The notes beneath the pieces were generated by a model. The model did not search any database. It was not told the origin of the DNA and saw only the letters and a list, made by a program, of their open reading frames with translations. The position numbers and the translations under genes are program-made. A stretch of 61,442 nucleotides of DNA, the filler included, from Catajapyx aquilonaris (lineage: Eukaryota), in NCBI GenBank assembly GCA_000934665.2. It is 4 parts of 4 records of this genome, joined end to end, with 100 filler letters (N's around TTAATTAATTAA, not from the genome) between each part and the next. Parts side by side here need not be neighbours in the genome. Positions count along the whole stretch, not along the records: positions 1 to 15,256 come from JYFJ02007556.1; 3 more parts are not named here. One strand, 5' to 3'. This document shows positions 1 to 11,482 of this stretch, in pieces. Position 1 is the first letter of the stretch. Each line of letters begins with the position of its first letter.

Positions 1-50
1 GGGGGTCAAAAAGTGCCCGAAAATCGGTCACGTGGTTTATGGACGACCCC
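1..50. mobile_element. Right end of a PIF/Harbinger-type MITE (truncated by window start)
   Basis: Ends CACGTGGTTTATGGACGACCCC followed by TAA; GGGG...CCCC terminus with TAA target is typical of Harbinger/Tourist MITEs; partner end not visible. Confidence 0.5.
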
Positions 51-93
51 TAATAAATAAGTGGTTACTTTTATCATTGCATTATGTGATTAA

Positions 94-241
94 GGGCCAG
101 TTGCACCGGCCTCAGTATAACTTAGAACCTCGGATATAACAAGAATTGCCATAGCAATCATTGTTGACCAACAATGATTGCTATGGCAATTCTTGTTATA
201 CCCGAGGTTCTAAGTTATACTGAGGCCAGTGCAACTGGCCC
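94..241. mobile_element. Near-perfect palindromic Tourist/PIF-Harbinger-like MITE
   Basis: GGGCCAGTTGCAC...GTGCAACTGGCCC; whole 148 bp folds back around a tiny loop; TAA at 91-93 and 242-244 (3-bp TSD). Confidence 0.85.
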
Positions 242-315
242 TAAACCAGCCATCATGACACAAAATTCGCGTCCTGACATTTCATTGAGTCCAGAAATCA
301 TTCTGGCCATTTTAA

Positions 316-460
316 GAGGAGCATATTGGGGTCTGGCTGTTCTGAAAACGACCGTGTAATGGTCCATGTCAAACCACCCATTCCGCAGAATGGATGGTTT
401 GAAGTGGATCATTCTGCAGTCTGGACGGGTTTTTCGCCCAATGGCCGTTTTTGGGGTTAG
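316..460. repeat. Dispersed repeat end after TTAA; reverse-complement copy at ~31290-31406
   Basis: TTAA-GAGGAGCATAT...GGTCTGGC...GAATGGATGGTTTGAA...ATGGCC matches the reverse complement of 31290-31410, which also ends at TTAA (Kolobok/Sola3-like terminus). Confidence 0.55.
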
Positions 461-1149
461 AGCTGCATTACAGTGTTGACATTTCTCAATAGGATTGTTA
501 ACGCTTTCCACTGTCACTTGCAATACATGGGTCATGCTGCATGCCCACTCTACTATGCAATGCTACATAGTGATGGGAACCCCCCACCAAAAAATCACGT
601 AATTTCAAAACACTTCATTTCTTGTTTCATTTGCCTGGAAAAGTCTATGAGAAATGTGCCAGTGCTGGGAGAATCACCCATGTGAGGTTTTGTTTTTGAT
701 CCGGCACTGCCATTAAAATCTTTCAGTAAATTACCTTAATGAACGAAAAACTTGGGTCAAAATGAGTGTTCTTGGGACCATAAAAGATGAGGAAATCTGG
801 GAAATTCATCATACATGATTTCTCAAGTCCGAACAGTGGGAGCTCGAAGCACACGATGCTGAGACATTACTTCGTCACTGAACAGTTCTGACCTTTACCC
901 AACTGAGACTCTGAAAGAAGATGGAGAAGGTGCAGATATGTCAGCCTTCTCACTGTAGCATGCAGGCAATACAGTACAGAAGGGGTTCACAATAATGACC
1001 AATTGTGTGCCTCCTCCAGTGATGCCTTCCTCATAGACATGGTAAATGCTAAATATTCATCCTCCATTTGGACACATTGTGGACATTATTAGCATGGATA
1101 ACTGCAGCCAGCTGTCTAATGGAGCTGGACTTGCAAATCTAGACCTTAC

Positions 1150-1386
1150 TGCATGTTGACGGTACAGTCGCAAGCATCAAGATGTGTCTGGTAGACCAGA
1201 GCTCGTCCTCTGCCAGGGGGTTCCTTGCACAATCTCTGCCCTTCACAAACAGCACCAGGGCAGGCCTACTAGTCGACACCGAGAACACCGTATGTTGTGT
1301 AATGATGACGCTGGCTGCTCCTTGGCTAGCAAGGGGAGTACTACCGTCCACATCTTCATGCTCACGACTGTACCTTCAACATGCAT
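1150..1386. mobile_element. MITE-like element with ~37-bp terminal inverted repeats
   Basis: TGCATGTTGACGGTACAGTCGCAAGCATCAAGATGTG vs CACATCTTCATGCTCACGACTGTACCTTCAACATGCA. Confidence 0.65.
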
Positions 1387-1397
1387 AATGAGACTTA

Positions 1398-2042
1398 CAA
1401 GGGAAGTGTCTGTAGGGCCATCGGCCAATCGGCCCGAAAATGACACTAGGGGTAAATCGCAGGCCAGAAATTCATTGGTGAAAGTAAAAAGTCGCATTAG
1501 CCAAGCGTTTTCGAGATATGGGCGACTATAGGTGCCCGGCAAACACGAATAAGTTATTATTTACTGAGCTTGTGACTATTAATTTTTCCGAATATGAAGC
1601 CATGGAGAGAGTAGGTAAGCATCGGAAGAAGAAAAAAAAGTAATACACTTCCCAGCAAGCTGTTTATTTATTCCTGTTGATTGCAAAAGGGAAGATATGC
1701 GGTGATAAACGGTGTTGGGGAAGAAATAAAAAGAAAACGATGCTCCGAGACGAGAGAGGGAGGGGGGGAAAAGAAGTCGCTTCCCGCGGACTTGAACGCG
1801 GAGACTTCGGATCATGACGCGGACGCACTACCGACTGAGCCACGAAGACTGTTTATAATTTCTTCTGCCGAATGCGCCCCATTGTCACCGAGCAGGTTTG
1901 CCGGGCACCTATAGTCGCCCATATCTCGAAAACGCTTGGCTAATGCGACTTTTTACATTCACCAATGAATTTCTGGCCTGCGATTTACCCCAAGTGTCAT
2001 TTTCGGGCCGATTGGCCGATGGCCCTACAGACACTTCCCTTG
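1398..2042. mobile_element. Non-autonomous TIR DNA transposon (CAAGGG...CCCTTG, ~147-bp TIRs, TTA TSD) carrying a tRNA-like cassette
   Basis: 1398-1544 is the almost exact reverse complement of 1896-2042; TTA at 1395-1397 and 2043-2045. Confidence 0.9.
1777..1849 (-). ncRNA. Degenerate tRNA(Met)-like Pol III cassette inside the TIR element (not a functional tRNA)
   Basis: 73 nt; A box TGGCTCAGTCGG, CAT in anticodon-loop position, B box GTTCAAGTCC with T-arm stem, TTTT just downstream; anticodon and acceptor stems are mismatched. Confidence 0.6.
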
Positions 2043-2349
2043 TTAGTATTAAAAATTCAGCCAGTATGGAACTAACTCATGTGAGCAAAAGTCTAGATAA
2101 TTTGCGATAGCCACACTCCGGGTTACTTGGGTCAGGCAGTGAGCCCTGCCAATTTTCTCCCATAAAAATCTTCTTGCACTTACCAAAACATCACCACACA
2201 ATTTTACAACTTACAACCTCTGTGGAAATGAAATTTTTAAAAGTGGTAGCATGTACACAGTATAATTTAATGTGTGATTTTTACACAAGTAGACCACATG
2301 GTTTGAAATCAGAAGGAGGCTATTATTTATTGAAATACTTGCACAGAAA

Positions 2350-5263
2350 TTATCGCATAGGAACATTTGGCATTCCACCAGTTGACCCTCCTCCACTTAT
2401 AGCTGCATTGGGTCCAAGAAGGATCTACACAAAGAAAAAAAATTAGAGCATTAACCTATCAGCAACATCCAATAAAAGCACAAAACTAGGTTTCACCTGT
2501 CGCTGCTGCTGCCTTTGCATTTCTTCCATTTGGGCACGTTCCACTTCAAATATGACAGGTGCAAAAAGAATCGCCGATGTGCTGAAGAATATCCAGGATG
2601 AGGTGCGACCAAGTGCATAGAGGCCTGAAAAACATGACATATTCAAGCAAATCCATACTAATTCAATTCCACCACACATACCTTTCAGGCCATGGTACAA
2701 GCCACTGAACAGAGTACATGAAGCAATCCTGAAACGATCTGGGAACATCTCCATCAACCCATGTAGTCGCTCAGTCAGCGTCTCATCCAGGTCCTGCACC
2801 ATGCAAATAATTGAACACTTGTGAACTCTTAAAGTCTTCTAGTCATTCTACATCAGCCCCCTGCAACTCCCAGTCTAGCCTTATGGTGACAGTAGTGTAC
2901 TTAGAGAGTCTCCACCACCTTGGAATTGGGCACTGACGGTGCCCCACAGGCATCTATTTCAGGTCAGATTCGGGCGGACGCCTTCTGAACCAACCCAAAC
3001 CATCCTTTCCTCTGCAGCTGGGTCCATAGCGCATTTGCGGACTTGGATTCAGGCGGCTGGCAGGGACAGATGCCTGTGGAGCTGCGCCAGCACCAAATTC
3101 CGGGCTGGCGGAGACTCTCTAAGTACACTACAGCATTGAAAAAGTTGCAGGGGCCTGTGCTACATATAATAGTTACTGTAACCAATTTCAGACCACGGTC
3201 GAAACAGGAGTGGCTTTGTGGGGAAAAACTATACCTCTCGGTTTTCTCTGTAAGTTCTTGCTTGACCTCCCTACGAGGTATACTGTATAGCATGGACCTT
3301 TATTATTAAACCATGTAGTGTACAAATGGAACATTCCTGCAAAGTGCCTGGGTCTGCAGGCAAGGTGACTGGGAGGGGATGTGCAAGGTGTAAGTGCAAC
3401 AGTGCAATGTCACTGCTACAGTCATATTTGTGAACTCCCCAGGTGAATTACTCTAGAGGAGATTCCACCCGAGGTGAAGCCAGAGACCACTGAACTCTGC
3501 ACGAGATGAAGGGGGAAAAGCCCAGGCTTGAGACTGAACCTGGGACTATTCCTCTATGGGCGTGTGCATTACCACAGCACCTCTCCGCCTTCCCTTCCAT
3601 TTAGTCATGAAGACTCGCATGGAGCCAGCAAGCTAGGATTCAGTGTCATGTGAGCAAGTGCAAGATCAAATCTTAGCCTTCCATTATCTCAAAACTGGTT
3701 TTTTGGACTTCCGGTTTTTCTCTCTTGCATGCCAACGATTTGTACTCTGTCACATGATATGTGATTGCCATGTCACAAACATGATAGCTCGTTTTAAATA
3801 TTGAAATCAGATTTTGAGTGAATTTTTTTTTCCCATAATATATTTGTTTTTCTTTCAACTACAAAAAAAAAATGCACCCTTGAAATCAGTATACATTCAC
3901 AGAAATAAATTTACAAAGAGTAACATTCAAAAATCACTTTCAAAAATTGTCCCAGTCAAATTGAATTTCCATGACAGTAATTGTGGAGCGATAAAGCAAA
4001 ACCCGCAAGATCCATCACAAACTTTTCTATTGATCTTGCTGGGTTTGCTTGCATTGTGCTGCTGGATCTTGCGGTATTTGCTTGAATCGACAGTTGTTGG
4101 GCTCATATACTATGGAACTAACACATTTTGCCTGACCAGCTTTTAACACCGCATCACAACCTATGTGATGGACAATATGCCATGCCTAACTCGTTTCCCG
4201 CCAACATCGGATCTTGCGGGTTTTGCTTTCCCGCTCCTCAATTGCTCTATTATGCTTCTGAAAAAATCTGTATATGATTGGAAGTGTGTGTACTGAATAA
4301 AATTAAAAATTAGTCCATCAGAATATTTAGTTTTTTTCTTACTAAATTAAAAATTATTTAGAAAAAAACACCTAAAAATGTCACATATATTTGATATTAC
4401 GTGCGATATTATTGAGAATGATATTGAATTGGCCCATGTGTGGAAAATATCATGAACCCAATGCTATGAGCATAAGAGTGTCCACCTACTTTACAACTAG
4501 AGTTACCATCCTTTGGGATGAATCCCGAAAACCACCGGCACACAATCTACTGAGGATGAACTATATAGAAATTTTTATTTTTCATTCTGGCACCATAGGG
4601 TCCATTTACACAGCACCAAGTCAATTAGACATTGAGACCACTATATTTGGAAGCTCGGTACCCTGAGAAACAAATTGAGCGCTGTACTACATGACAATGT
4701 GAAGGATTCTGTTGACGCCAAACAGAACCTGAAAGTATCAACATAATTCCTTCATGTTGACCTACTGTCAGATGATCCACTTGTGTCTCAGGGTTGAAAA
4801 GTTGTGCACCTGGTCTAGCAATAATAATATTATTATTACATCTGCAGTGCTAAAAGTATTATTTTTTATTTAAAAATTATTTGTTCCCCCACTATGGTTT
4901 TGTGACTTTCCACGTGACTCTTGTTGGTCTTACATTGACTTGCGGGTGCAGTGTCACTTAATCACATGAAAAACACATCACCAAAGCACAATCTCCAACC
5001 TCCTCGACAAATGTGTTGCTCACAATTCAATGCCCATACAAAATCAAAGTGCCCTTCTCCGTTCAGTCAGTGGTATTACTCTGCTCAACACTGGTGAGCA
5101 CAGTAGGCTGACAGCATGTGAAAGTGGGTTTTACCTCATCATCGTCGAATTCCGAATCGTCGTTCTCTTGTGTGCAGAGCTTCATGCCTAGGTTTTCAGG
5201 GGTAACGTCCTTGCTGCTTGAGCCTGTCATTGATTCCTGCCCACTGTCTTCTCCGGATGCCAT
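2350..5263 (-). CDS. TOMM22: Mitochondrial import receptor subunit TOM22; exons 5263-5135, 2793-2682, 2624-2497, 2424-2350 (147 aa)
   Basis: Acidic N-terminus (DDSEFDDDEDLDETLTERLHGLMEMFP), TM segment WIFFSTSAILFAPVIFEVER, tail QQQRQILLGPNAA; all introns GT-AG with consistent phases; ends TAA. Confidence 0.95.
2893..3130. mobile_element. MITE with TAG...CTA termini and 3-bp TSD (Academ-like), in TOM22 intron 1
   Basis: TAGTGTACTTAGAGAGTCTCC...GGAGACTCTCTAAGTACACTA, imperfect IR extends ~60 bp; CAG at 2890-2892 and 3131-3133. Confidence 0.75.
3300..3592 (-). mobile_element. Decayed tRNA-derived SINE
   Basis: Minus-strand head with degenerate A box (GGTGCTGTGGTAA) and B box (GGTTCAGTCTC); body CATCCCCTCCCAGTCACC also seen at ~7265-7290 and resembles 39005-39265. 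Confidence 0.5.
3980..4243. mobile_element. MITE-like inverted repeat pair
   Basis: AATTGTGGAGCGATAAAGCAAAACCCGCAAGATCC vs GGATCTTGCGGGTTTTGCTTTCCCGCTCCTCAATT. Confidence 0.55.
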
Positions 5264-5426
5264 AAGAACCTGCCGCTGAATCCAAGCGGATTCCAGAGAT
5301 TTCTATACACGATTGATGACCACACGTTGGAAAACGCTGCACGCCCCCAGATCGGCACCCCTTCCTCCTCGTGCAACGAGTAAGATGGCCAGAGTATATT
5401 CCTTGAAAGACAACTTGGAAAGTCAC

Positions 5427-5560
5427 CTACATTTTGGGTCTAATTTGACCGGTACTACAAGGCAGTCAGGACTCAAAATGGCGCACTTCTAACGACTGCG
5501 CGCGACGCGACTTCGCTTCGAACGATTTCAATCCTGTTTACTGGAGACCGCGCCATCTAT
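5427..5560 (-). promoter_or_regulatory. Probable TOM22 promoter / 5' UTR exon
   Basis: Local CpG-rich patch with GCGCCATTTTG motif on the minus strand; donor GTAG|GTGACT at 5427/5426 upstream of the start codon. Confidence 0.5.
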
Positions 5561-5730
5561 TTTTTTAAATAGTTCGCATTAAATTAAGGCTAGGATTTTC
5601 CACCGAGAGAGGGAAACAGGCTGGGCCATTCAGCATCAGCTGATTTTATTGGGGACATTGTTTGGGATCAGCGTGGGATCAGCTATGGACCACGGAGGAT
5701 GTGTGGTGGTTTTCAGGTTTCAGGTTAGAT

Positions 5731-5800
5731 CAGCGGTTCTTAACCTGGGGTCCCCGCACCCCCAGGGGGTGCGAGCAAGGTGCACCAATGGGTGCGTGCT
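5731..5800 (+). mobile_element. hAT (Charlie/Buster-like) left terminus
   Basis: CAGCGGTTCTTAACCTGGGGTCC preceded by an 8-mer with central TA; matching right end not found. Confidence 0.5.
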
Positions 5801-6192
5801 TTCTTTATTTCACAGTCATAATCAGGTCATAATAATGGCAAATATTTTGGACAAATGGCGTAAATTTAAGCCTTACGGTTTTCTCAATGCGGAGTAAGCG
5901 ACAGAACTTAGTTTTTAGACATCAGCGTCCATGAAAACAATCTTCACATAAATATATGTTCAGAAGCAGTAAAGAAATCTCAAACGGGTTCCTGAACCCA
6001 TTGATTCACATGTGCATCTTGTGAAAATAATTTCTAAACTGTTGACCCAGTTGATTCAGTGTGCTATGCAGTCTCTTTGAATAACTTGGAGTGTTGGAAA
6101 TCAAGCAAAGTTGCTTCCTTGTAGACAAAATTACCAAAACTGGATTATCTTGATCATTCCTGCGATTTTGTCTTGTGCATTAAATTGAAGAT

Positions 6193-6389
6193 GTCAGTTG
6201 CCAGAGGGCCCAACTTCCAACTTTTCGAAACACCATTTTATTGCAGATTCCTACTCTTGAAGTCGGGACTCACAGACCGGGTGCAGATGAGGGGCAAAGG
6301 GATGAGGGGCCAGAAGTGCCTTAAAATATTGAATGTGATGCTTTGCAGTCCATTGCCTACTCCAGGAGTTGGGCCCTTTGGCAACTGAC
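6193..6389. mobile_element. Small MITE with ~24-bp TIRs
   Basis: GTCAGTTGCCAGAGGGCCCAACT vs AGTTGGGCCCTTTGGCAACTGAC. Confidence 0.6.
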
Positions 6390-6469
6390 TGCACATAGAT
6401 TCGATTCTGATTGATGTTAATAATAATTAATATAGGATGGAAATTAAAATGGTCATACCTTACTTTGTA

Positions 6470-7194
6470 GTAGGGGAGACCGGGCACGATGGCTACAGGG
6501 GTACGATGGCACAGTCAAATTGATGAAGAGGCTATTAGGTTCACGGATGCTTACGTGGTAGGTGCAGATAGACGTGTTTCACATTACATCGTATTTTCAA
6601 TTCAGTCGCAAAAGACTGTCGGCGGCAGTAACGATTTTTTCGATTTTTGACCATTTGATTAAATTTCAATTTCTCATTAGTTTTTATTTTTTCTTCCAAC
6701 GAAGATGCTAGATCACTGAGCCCAATAATGCGTTTGCAAAATGACAGCATACATGACCATTTGATATTTGTCACTCAAGACCAGGAGGACTAGAAAGGTG
6801 AAAAAATGCCTACAGCACACGATGACACATTTAGTTTGGGGCACATTGGCAAATGTCCCTACCAACCTTGGTGGACCATGGTGATTATGGAAGAGCATGG
6901 CAGCCTCTAGTTAGTCTAGTGACTCTCCCCTGTCACTTATTAAGCTGAGCCCTTGCACTTTTTCCAGTTGCTGGCTACTTGCTCCTTATGTCTGGAGGGC
7001 ACGCTATGTTATCCTGCAGCCAAAAAGTTCTGAATATCTTGTAAAATCTTTGTAATCACTTGTAACTATATGCGTATGAATTGATAATGTGTATGGAAGT
7101 GATTTTCATATTATTTCATAAGCCCTACCTTAGCCTTATATTACTGTGCCAACGTGCCCCATGCCTTGTGCCATTGTGCCCCGGTCTTCCCTAC
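6470..7194. mobile_element. pogo/Tc1-mariner-like non-autonomous element
   Basis: GTAGGGGAGACCGGGCACGATGGC...GCCATTGTGCCCCGGTCTTCCCTAC flanked by TA on both sides; subterminal repeated motifs. Confidence 0.7.
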
Positions 7195-7399
7195 TACTTT
7201 ATAAATATCATGTTTTCAGATGGATAGGCAAAATGACCATAGTGCCAACATTGCACTGCACATTGCATATCCCCTCCCAGTCACCCTGCCCTTATACCAG
7301 GGCTCTTCGCTGTCAAACTAAATGTACATGTTGACAAAATAAAGGTCTGTGCCAAGACCTCATATGAGGTACTACACTATACCGAATTATTATTATTAT

Positions 7400-7800
7400 A
7401 CAGGGTGTTCCCAAAAGGTGTTCCCAGTAAAGAACCAATCCAGTTCCGTAAGTATTCCATATATTTTATTCAAATTTGCCAGGAAGGTGGGACATATGAT
7501 CAAGTTTTTGTACAAAAAGTCACACCTCCACATGTCCACCCTGGCATCGAAGACATAGCTTAAACCGTTCTTCAGCTGCTCGCCAGGTGTAGCGTGTACA
7601 GATACATCTTCAGCATTTTCCATACGATGCGGTGCATCGAACTCAGTGGGATATCCATCTCCAGGGATCCCCGACGCAGGGACTTCTGCGGACTCTTCAA
7701 CATGGCTTCCCTCACCTGTTCAACACGATAAATTGCAGGTGGATGCCCAGAGCTCTTGCCATGGAGCCATGAGCCTGTCACTTCGAAACTCCGGAACCAC
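7400..7800 (-). pseudogene. Deleted Tc1/mariner element with transposase N-terminal HTH fragment
   Basis: TA-CAGGGTG terminus at 7400; minus translation WFRSFEVTGS...SSGHPP...VEQVREAMLKSPQKSLRRGSLEMDIPLSSMHRIV resembles mariner/Tc1 DNA-binding region. Confidence 0.75.
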
Positions 7801-9404
7801 TTAATATATAATAATAATTATTAATAAGCAGTCCAAACACACGTCTGCACTCCAGGCACCCTACAGGTCAACCTCTAAAATTAACGTCATTGTCTTGTAA
7901 TACTGGCAAAGCTACCTCCTTCGGCAAAGGTAATGCTTCCTAAAGTTTTATGGTCGCAAACCTAATTGCTATCTTAAACTGGCGCCAAACTTACGGGCCT
8001 AGTAGCACCTTGAGAATGAGATGTCTCGTCTCTGCATTTTCCCTATTTTGTGTGTAGTACATTAGCTATAGGGCTGGACTCTTATAAATTTGAAAGGGGT
8101 CTAACTGTGTTGTTATATGATATGCTAGTGATTTGCGCGGCAAATACATGTTTTGCTTTTCGGAATTTCAGTTATTGTTTTTAAAATACCTTTGATCATA
8201 ATATTCCTTGGAATAAGGAGGGCGCGCAGTATGAACGAGTATATCGAGTGTGAGGGGCACACCCCTCATTTCAAAGATAGGCAGGTGGATACGCCAATCC
8301 GAATAACTTACCATTGAAGACCGCAATTCAATGAGGTGGGAAAACATAAAAATAATGTTCAGGAAATGAACAAACTCTTCATTTCTGTTTCCGATCATAG
8401 CTAAAGAAATTTTGAAGGCCTGCTTCACGCTCTTCTTATCCGCCCTTCCGCCCTTCTTGCATTTTCTACCGATGGATATTCACCAGCATAAAGACAGTAG
8501 TCTACTACACACTAATTTATTCAATACTGATGTATTCTTCACTTGCGTATAATTGAATAATTATAAGTTTCAACCCGGCAATAATTATGTTTGAAGTGAA
8601 TGACCATTCGTTCTATTATTTCAGAGAAAACGCTGTTTGATTTTCCTATTACTGAAGTATTCCCACCTCTCACCTACATCGGGTAAGGAAATAAATGCAT
8701 ATTTAGTATGAAAACTCAGAAACTTACCTCCCTATACCTTTTTCAGGCCAAATGTCCTAAGAGACCTATCTTACCTGTACCTTCAATGCATACCCAGAAG
8801 CAACTGAGGTAATGACATACCTGCATGACAATGACATCCAAGTAGGGATCATCCATGACACCTGGGTAGATTCTGGTGAAGTTGATGATCTGGAGACTGT
8901 CCCATGGCTTACCCACATATTGAAGTGGGATCAGTACATAAACCATGCGGCTATATACCCAGAAAACAAAGATCACTTGCTCCTAAGGTAGGTTAGATTG
9001 TCCTTTATGGTTTTTGGACACGAAATGAGACTAAATTAGAAGACAATATTTGGGTACGCAAATAATTATGAGGGGTCTCGTGCGGTACCTGACTCGTAAA
9101 AATTATCCTCTTCCTCCTCATCCTCCCCCTCCCCCCGCCCCCGACGACACCCCCATCAAGTAGAAACAATATTGGCAAATCACGTGAGCGTGATTAGAAT
9201 AGATTTTTTTCATTCTTTCAAGTATGAAACTCATCTGGTGTAAACAGTGCATGAAGCCACATCCCTGGTTGTGCCCTGGTTGCCCAGTTGGGGTTCAACA
9301 GGCCAGTGGTCGAGGTGTTACGTTCTTGTGAGGGTTCTCTGCATGCCCTAGTACCATTGGTCATAATACTACAATCCTTGAATAGTAAACTCTACAGGGA
9401 CCTG

Positions 9405-11380
9405 TTAAATATGAGAAAACAAGATTGCTTTGTTTAATCTTTGCCTCTTGCCATGTCTTCCCTGCAGTGCTTTTATGTTCTGCATTTTTGCTGCATGTCG
9501 GAAACGCAGTGTGCAGTATTATCGGCAGAGCAGACGAATTCGTACAGAAATCCTGTGGCTACTGACAGCGTGAAATGCCTGCTTAAAGTGTGTGCCACTG
9601 AAGACACAGTCCGGAACAAGTTGCATTACTCTCATTTCTAAACGCAGCATATCCATGGAACTTTCATTTGCAAATGACAAGCCCTCCTGCAACATGGGCT
9701 TAAGAACTCCTTCTGCTCTCCTTAAAACACTCACAACGTCCTGAGACAGCACAACCAGCCCGCCATTATTTTTCAGCCTGAGTAAAATGGCATCACGGCC
9801 ACATAGTGGTGCGTAATCTATGAGAACCTGCTGGCAGTCACCACAAGCAATACAAGAAATGAGTGCTTTTACAACCCACCCTGACACATAAAATACAGAT
9901 AAAATACAACATTAGCTGTAAACAGGCTTAGTTCATCTTCATTCATCTTCATTAGTGTGCCATCTCTTCATGATGAAATATGTTATAGTCGCAAGATCAA
10001 TTACATTTTCACTGGTATGAGGACTGCTATTGTAAGGTAACAACAGCTCTGTTTCGTCTTGACCAGTAACATTTCCATTTATCCCTGCCTTAACCCCTGC
10101 AAGGAACAACATATGTCCATATGCTCGTAATTGCTGTGATGTAGGGTTATTGTTCCAATAACCACCATATTGCCTCACTGCACCAAAAAATAATTCCAGG
10201 TGGTCTTGAGAAGCTTTGTAGGTCAGCACATATTTGATATGTAAGCATACCTGCACATTTGCTTCCCTCAGGACATGTCTCAACAATGTCAATAACACTC
10301 AAGATATCCACACAACCCAATGACTCCCATTTTCCTTCTTCCCTTGCACAGCCTTTCCCCTTCCTTGGTTTTCAATGCTAGGAACATCTCCTTAGCTTTT
10401 AATAGGCATGCATTTTTCAACTGGAAGTTACCGGCATTCAGAGGTACGAGTATTTTATACCCTTTGGCAAAGGGGACCTTGCTATTGAGGATATCAAATA
10501 CCATGTCAACAACTCTGATAAACTCTTCCGTTGCCTCACTCCCTTGGAATTCCGGTCACCAATTGTTCTCATGAATTTCATGCCAGTAGCAACTGATGCG
10601 CTCAAAGTTTAGTACACCTTCATTTTTTGCTGCTGAAACTCAATATCCTTGGATGTTAACTTGTTAGCTAAGTGCAGGCCTTCTTTCATTTGAACAGCAT
10701 TGAGTGCTTCCAAGTACTCCCATTTGATAACACCCTCTTTTGAATGGAATCATTAGCTCTTGATGGAACTCAGAAAACGCTGCCAGTGATCCTCTCATTA
10801 TAGTTTTAGCATGTGACAGACATCAAAGATATAATGTAAACTTCTTTTGTGCTATCTGAGGGATGTGGATACTTGTTAGTGACAACATGTGGCTGTTCTA
10901 ACACACAACCTAAATCTTTCACCACCCTTTAATTTGTAGCATGTCCATCCATGACGAGGACCACAGCTGTTATGTCAATGTCAAACAATCTCCCAAGAGC
11001 TAGCTTGATAAGTTGTTTTAGTATGACTTTGGTGTACCTGCAACCAGGTAGTATCCCAGTGGCACCTTCCAGTGGCCAGTTATTCCCACGGCCATGATGA
11101 CCAGAACTTGTTTAGCTGGAATTCTATCATCTCCACAAAACTCTCCACACCCAAGATGCTGATACCCCACAAATGTTGCTGCTTGTGCATCCCAATCAAT
11201 GTACTCTCTTATTGTCATACCATCCACAACTACGCTGCATATTGAAAACTGATGACTGTTTTCAGTGCGTTTCTCTTTCAGGTATGAAAACACATTTGTA
11301 CTGAATCCGGGCTTCCCATCTATCCCAGACAGCCACCTGAAAGTCACACAGAAGGCATCAAAATGTTGCGTAATGGATCC
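9405..11380 (-). pseudogene. Decayed P-element/THAP9-family transposase
   Basis: Collinear motifs across frameshifts and stops: GKPGF, CSVVVDGMTIRE (D1), GHWKVPLGYY, VLVMDGHATN (D2), FDVCHMLKL, GLHLANKLT..DIEFQQQKMKV, TYKASQDHLELFFGAVRQYGG..NNPT (E), C-terminal LNKAILF; THAP domain not seen. Confidence 0.92.
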
Positions 11381-11482
11381 ATGTAATACATAAGGAAAAT
11401 ATTATTGTGACTGATCATGCTGGATCACATATACGCAATGTTCTTGGAGCAGGGAGTGGAATATTCTGCTTCCTAGCATATA

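Noticed and set aside
8743..8990. Possible reverse-transcriptase remnant (LKWDQYI-like)
   Set aside because: Too short and degenerate to support without a profile search
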